From Actinomycetota bacterium (lineage in GTDB: Bacteria; Actinomycetota; Actinomycetes; Propionibacteriales; Propionibacteriaceae), in NCBI GenBank assembly GCA_020161795.1, contig JAIUOR010000003.1:10971-34970 (forward strand): 24,000 nt of DNA, written 5' to 3'. The notes under the pieces were generated by a model. The model was given only the letters and a program-made list of their open reading frames with translations, was not told the DNA's origin and searched no databases. Below are positions 16,705-24,000 of this stretch, one piece after another (position 1 is the first letter of the stretch; every line of letters begins with the position of its first letter). Position numbers and translations under genes: made by a program.

Positions 16705-16728
16705 GCGGGTTCTCCACGAAGGACCGGA

Positions 16729-17106
16729 TCACAACCGCGCAACGGGGCCGCGTAGCCCCGGATCGCCCGTCCGGCTGGACAGAGCGGCCTGATCCGCGTC
16801 CATGACCGGTTCGAACAATGGACGGATGAACGCACCGACATCCTCCACCTGAAGGGCCCAGGCCAACGCCCACAGCGTCGTCATCCGGATGTCGTTGACA
16901 CCGCGTCGCCCGTTCAGGATCTCGATGACCGTGGAACGATCGAGTCCCGATCTCATGGTCAGGTCGTTGATGGAGAGCCCGCGCTCTTCCTTGAGTTGAC
17001 GGACCTGCCTTCGCCAGCCGTCCCAATCCAAGCTCGGCGGCGGGATCAACCCAGGCGGAACTGCGGCCACCTCGCCGCTGCTCCATCGGTGGGATATATC
17101 CGCCAT
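16729..17106 (-). CDS. XRE-family helix-turn-helix transcriptional regulator
   Basis: HTH_3-like segment LKEERGLSINDLTMRSGLDRSTVIEILNGRR. Confidence 0.8.
   Translation of the reverse strand: MADISHRWSSGEVAAVPPGLIPPPSLDWDGWRRQVRQLKEERGLSINDLTMRSGLDRSTVIEILNGRRGVNDIRMTTLWALAWALQVEDVGAFIRPLFEPVMDADQAALSSRTGDPGLRGPVARL
17089..17104. promoter_or_regulatory. Palindrome-family site O1, GTGGGATATATCCGCC (degenerate), abutting the XRE start codon
   Basis: Read directly. The left half-site and centre are conserved. Two of the seven right-arm positions break the symmetry. Confidence 0.4.
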
Positions 17107-17141
17107 GCGACAAGCTGACTACGGTTGGGCTCTCGGTGAGA

Positions 17142-17157
17142 GTGGGATGCATCCCAC
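17142..17157. promoter_or_regulatory. Perfect 16-bp palindrome O2, GTGGGATGCATCCCAC
   Basis: Read directly. It is its own reverse complement. Confidence 0.6.
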
Positions 17158-17172
17158 CTGGGGAGGGCTGAG

Positions 17173-17304
17173 ATGACTGGTCCCGTTCCTACCGGCAAGG
17201 GCTGGCACCCGAACTCCGAGACCGGCGGCACCTCTCAGGAGATCCAGGTCGACGCCGGCAACGACCGATTGGGGCATACCCGCCACGGGGCGGGCTCGCC
17301 CTGA
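17173..17304 (+). CDS. Candidate small protein, 43 aa (MTGPVPTGKGWHPNSETGGTSQEIQVDAGNDRLGHTRHGAGSP)
   Basis: ATG follows GGGGAGGG with a 6-nt spacer (ctgag). About 84% G/C at third positions by my count. Lies exactly between palindromes O2 and O3. Too short for the ORF track and I recognise no homology. Confidence 0.3.
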   Translation: MTGPVPTGKGWHPNSETGGTSQEIQVDAGNDRLGHTRHGAGSP

Positions 17305-17317
17305 CTATGCTGCCGAA

Positions 17318-17333
17318 GGTGGGATACATCCCA
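17318..17333. promoter_or_regulatory. Palindrome O3, GTGGGATACATCCCAC (imperfect only at the central dinucleotide)
   Basis: Read directly. Lies 6 nt downstream of a -10-like TATGCT (17306-17311) and 32 nt upstream of the lipoprotein ATG. Confidence 0.55.
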
Positions 17334-17365
17334 CGTTAATCGCACGGTGTCGTGGGAGGTTGGAG

Positions 17366-18067
17366 ATGCGAAGGCTTCGCTTGACGATCGCGCTGGTCCT
17401 CGTTCTTGGTCTTGGTCTTGCGGGCTGCGGATCACCCGCTGCCCCCGTGATGCCCGATGTGCTGGGCAAGACCCTCGATGTTGCCAAGAGCGACATCAAG
17501 CGCGTGGGCTTCAAGGACACGGTCGAGGTGCTGGGCGGAGGCCTCTTCGGCATCCTCGATGAGAAGAACTGGATGGTCTGCGAACAGACACCCTCGGCGG
17601 GAGACGTCATAGCGGACAACCCCCGACTGGTAGTCGATCGCTCCTGTGGCGACGAAGAGCCCGAGCCGAGCGAGACGCCGGCCGCACCCGAGCCAAGCGA
17701 CACGCCGGCCGCACCTGAAGCCAGTGCGGAGCCGTCCGAGGAGGCATCGGCATCCGATGACGACGAAGACGACTCGACCGATGAGGACCGGGACGATCGG
17801 GCTGAGTCCGCGATGACTTTCGAGGAGGACTTCACCGACGAGTTCGAGGGGATCTTCGGCTACCCGCCGGACCAGCAGATCATCGACATCGCGACAGATT
17901 TCGCTGAGGAGACCTGCAGCACGCTCGATCAGGGTTCGACCGTTGAGGAGATCCTCACGAATATCGTCGCTTCAACCGATAACACCGATTCGCAGACAGC
18001 ACTGGCAATCGCCGCGGCGGTCGGCATCCGGCACTTCTGCCCGGAACACGAAGGCCAGCTGCCATGA
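17366..18067 (+). CDS. Lipoprotein with PASTA-like domain, acidic disordered linker and DUF732-like C-terminal domain
   Basis: Lipobox LAGC. The PDVLGKTLDVAKSDIKRVGF...EQTPSAGDV segment resembles PASTA. Then comes a D/E/S/P-rich linker. The C-terminal helical region has a Cys pair and ends ...GIRHFCPEH, like DUF732. ATG 17366 lies 6 nt after GGGAGG. Confidence 0.8.
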   Translation: MRRLRLTIALVLVLGLGLAGCGSPAAPVMPDVLGKTLDVAKSDIKRVGFKDTVEVLGGGLFGILDEKNWMVCEQTPSAGDVIADNPRLVVDRSCGDEEPEPSETPAAPEPSDTPAAPEASAEPSEEASASDDDEDDSTDEDRDDRAESAMTFEEDFTDEFEGIFGYPPDQQIIDIATDFAEETCSTLDQGSTVEEILTNIVASTDNTDSQTALAIAAAVGIRHFCPEHEGQLP

Positions 18068-18082
18068 CCTTCCGGTCCGCGA

Positions 18083-18499
18083 TCAACGGGTCAGTGCGCG
18101 GGGGGTGTGCACCCGGGGACGGCCGAGGTGCACTTCGCCGGTCTGGGCGGCGGTGAACAGGCGGGTGTCGCCGCCGGTCAGGTGAAGATGCTTGACCAGG
18201 GAGGTGAGCTGGGCGACCTGCTGCTGCAGATCCTCCAACTCGGCTTCCAGCGCGAGGATGCGGCGGATGCCCTCCAGGTTGATGCCCTCGGTCTGCGAGA
18301 GGTGCTGGATGTGGCGCAGCTTGGCGATGTCCCGCAGCGAGTAGCGGCGGCCCCGGCCGCGGGTCCGTCCGGGCACCACCAGACCCAGGCGGTCGTAGCC
18401 GCGCAGGGTCTGGGGGTGCATCTCGGCCAGTTGGGCCGCCACCGAGATCACGAAGATCGGGGCGTCCGGGTCGATCCGGTCGGGCAGCTGGGCGCTCAT
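18083..18499 (-). CDS. hspR: Heat-shock transcriptional repressor HspR (MerR family)
   Basis: MerR-type HTH ([26 protein letters not shown]). ATGA overlap with dnaJ. Last gene of the dnaK operon, as in Streptomyces and Mycobacterium. Confidence 0.92.
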   Translation of the reverse strand: MSAQLPDRIDPDAPIFVISVAAQLAEMHPQTLRGYDRLGLVVPGRTRGRGRRYSLRDIAKLRHIQHLSQTEGINLEGIRRILALEAELEDLQQQVAQLTSLVKHLHLTGGDTRLFTAAQTGEVHLGRPRVHTPRALTR

Positions 18500-19641
18500 C
18501 GGGCATCCTCGAAGAGCTTGGCGCGGGGGTCTCCGCCGCCGGCCAGCTCGGCGTAGGCGCGCAGCGCGTCCGACGCCTCGGAGTTCAGCGCCTTGGGCAC
18601 CTCGACCTCGACGGTGACCAGCAGGTCGCCGGGCTCGCCCTTGGCGGTCGGCGCGCCCTTCCCGCGCACCCGCAGGGTGCGACCGCTGGGCGTCCCGGCC
18701 GGAATCCGCAGGCGCACCTTCTGCCCGCCGAGCGTCGGGACGTCGATCTCCGCGCCCAGCGCGGCTTCGGCGAAGGTGACCGGGACCTTGACGGTGAGCT
18801 GCTTGCCCTTGCGCGCGAAGACCGGATGCGGACGGACGTGCACGGTGACGTACAGGTCACCGGCGGCGCCGGAGTTCTCACCCGGCGACCCCTTGCCGGT
18901 CAGCCGGATCCGCTGACCGTCGGTCACCCCGACGGGAATCCGGACCTGCATGGTGCGGGTCGAGCGTCCCCGTCCGGAACCGCCGCAGGTGGGGCACGGG
19001 TCCTCGATCACCAGGCCACGGCCGTGGCAGACCTCGCAGGGCTCACTGATCGAGAACATGCCACCCGAGGTGGAGGTCTGCATGCCGCTGCCCTGGCAGG
19101 CGCGGCAGACCTGGGGCGCGGTGCCCGGACGGGCACCGGTTCCGTGACAGGTGGGGCAGGCGGTCTCGGAGACCGTCTGCATGCTCACCGTGGCGCCCTC
19201 GACCGCCTGGACGAAGTCGATCGTGACCTCGCCCTCGATGTCGTGGCCGCGGCGCGGGCCGCGGGCCTGTGAGGCCCGCCGTCCGCCGCCACCGAACAGG
19301 CCGCCGAAGATGTCGCCGAGGTTGCTGTCGCCGACATTGCGGAAGAGGTCGTCCATGGACGGACCGCCGCCGCCCGAGCCCGAGCCGGGGAACCGGAAGC
19401 CGACCCCCAGCAGTCGCCGGGCCTCGTCGTACTCCTTGCGCTTGGCCGGATCCGACAGCACGTCGTTGGCCTCGGAGATCTCCTTGAACTTCCGCTCCGC
19501 CTCGGGATTGTGCTGGTTCGCGTCCGGGTGGTTCTCCCGGGCCAGCTTGCGGAAGGCCTTCTTGATCTCCTCCGGCTTGGCGTCCGAGGAGACGCCGAGG
19601 ATCTTGTAGTAGTCCTTCTCGAGCCAGTCTTTGGTGCTCAT
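18496..19641 (-). CDS. dnaJ: Molecular chaperone DnaJ
   Basis: J-domain (DYYKILGV...HPD), G/F region, four CxxCxG zinc-finger repeats. Confidence 0.97.
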   Translation of the reverse strand: MSTKDWLEKDYYKILGVSSDAKPEEIKKAFRKLARENHPDANQHNPEAERKFKEISEANDVLSDPAKRKEYDEARRLLGVGFRFPGSGSGGGGPSMDDLFRNVGDSNLGDIFGGLFGGGGRRASQARGPRRGHDIEGEVTIDFVQAVEGATVSMQTVSETACPTCHGTGARPGTAPQVCRACQGSGMQTSTSGGMFSISEPCEVCHGRGLVIEDPCPTCGGSGRGRSTRTMQVRIPVGVTDGQRIRLTGKGSPGENSGAAGDLYVTVHVRPHPVFARKGKQLTVKVPVTFAEAALGAEIDVPTLGGQKVRLRIPAGTPSGRTLRVRGKGAPTAKGEPGDLLVTVEVEVPKALNSEASDALRAYAELAGGGDPRAKLFEDAR

Positions 19642-19692
19642 CGCGCCTCCTTTCGTTGCTCGCCCACGGCGCCGGCTTGCGGTCCCTCGATC

Positions 19693-19718
19693 GTCATCCC
19701 GACGTGGGCCGGGATGAC
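19693..19718 (-). other. 9-bp stem-loop (GTCATCCCG-N8-CGGGATGAC) in the grpE-dnaJ intergenic spacer
   Basis: Read directly. Function unknown; possibly an mRNA processing or stability element. Confidence 0.3.
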
Positions 19719-19731
19719 AGGAGTTGTCTGG

Positions 19732-22257
<2,526 letters not shown>

Positions 22258-22263
22258 CACGCT

Positions 22264-22284
22264 CAATCACAGGGTTGAGTACAC
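22264..22284. promoter_or_regulatory. HAIR HspR operator, GTTGAGT-N7-ACTCAAC
   Basis: Near-consensus HAIR, read directly. It begins 7 nt upstream of the first HAIR. Confidence 0.75.
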
Positions 22285-22431
22285 CAGACTCAACTATGGG
22301 TGGGCTGTGGGTATTCCCACCTACCGACGCCTTGAGCCCGGCTTGAGAGTTCCACGGTTGTAACTCAGAGGTTCCTCAGCTTCATTGCTAGCGTCCACGA
22401 AGTCGCACCTCACCTGGCTCAGGAGTCTCAT

Positions 22432-24000
<1,569 letters not shown>

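Noticed and set aside
17305-18506. Minus ORFs 17305-17835 and 17955-18506, and plus ORFs 17943-18185 and 18107-18556
   Set aside because: They are antisense or out of frame relative to the lipoprotein and hspR genes. The Ser-rich and Pro/Arg-rich translations mirror the acidic linker and the HspR coding strand.
22297-22310. GTGGG-TATT-CCCAC near the dnaK promoter, as a fourth XRE-type palindrome
   Set aside because: Only the 5-nt outer arms match. The spacing is 2 nt shorter and the inner AT/AT positions are not conserved. Too weak to claim.

Overview
This is a high-G+C (about 70% by eye) chromosomal window with actinobacterial gene content. I saw no rRNA, tRNA, CRISPR array or mobile element. 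Gene order, left to right:

- A LysE/ArgO-type exporter (-).
- Two paralogous secreted low-complexity proteins rich in Pro, Thr, Ser and Lys. They bracket an APH/ChoK-fold phosphotransferase (+).
- A minus-strand operon for a NitT/TauT-family ABC importer (binding lipoprotein, ATPase, permease), ending in a Cys-less Rrf2 regulator.
- An overlapping sensor kinase and OmpR-type response regulator pair (-).
- A GH13 alpha-glucosidase (+), then a roughly 480-bp poorly coding gap holding a 20-nt tandem repeat.
- A Cof-type HAD phosphatase (+).
- A minus-strand cluster resembling the uncharacterised E. coli sgc PTS locus: DeoR regulator, SgcQ/BtpA-like protein, EIIB, GatC-type EIIC, SgcE-like epimerase and a small membrane protein. 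No EIIA is present.
- An XRE regulator (-), divergent from a PASTA/DUF732-like lipoprotein (+). Three copies of a 16-bp palindrome lie between them.
- The classical dnaK-grpE-dnaJ-hspR operon (-), with two HAIR operators.
- A secreted protein with four FN3 domains and an EEP (endonuclease/exonuclease/phosphatase) domain. It runs off the right edge and is missing from the ORF track.

The most unusual items:

1. The trio of repeat protein, kinase and repeat protein, with K-S-P-V-S-[A/P] repeats conserved at the protein level.
2. A TGAGAG-NN-CTCTCA palindrome shared by both repeat-protein leaders and the sensor-kinase 5' end.
3. The XRE palindrome triad, which encloses an unannotated 43-codon ORF.
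4. The sgc-like PTS cluster that lacks EIIA.

Most long ORFs antisense to these genes are high-GC artefacts. All functional assignments come from motif and family recognition by eye. No searches were run.
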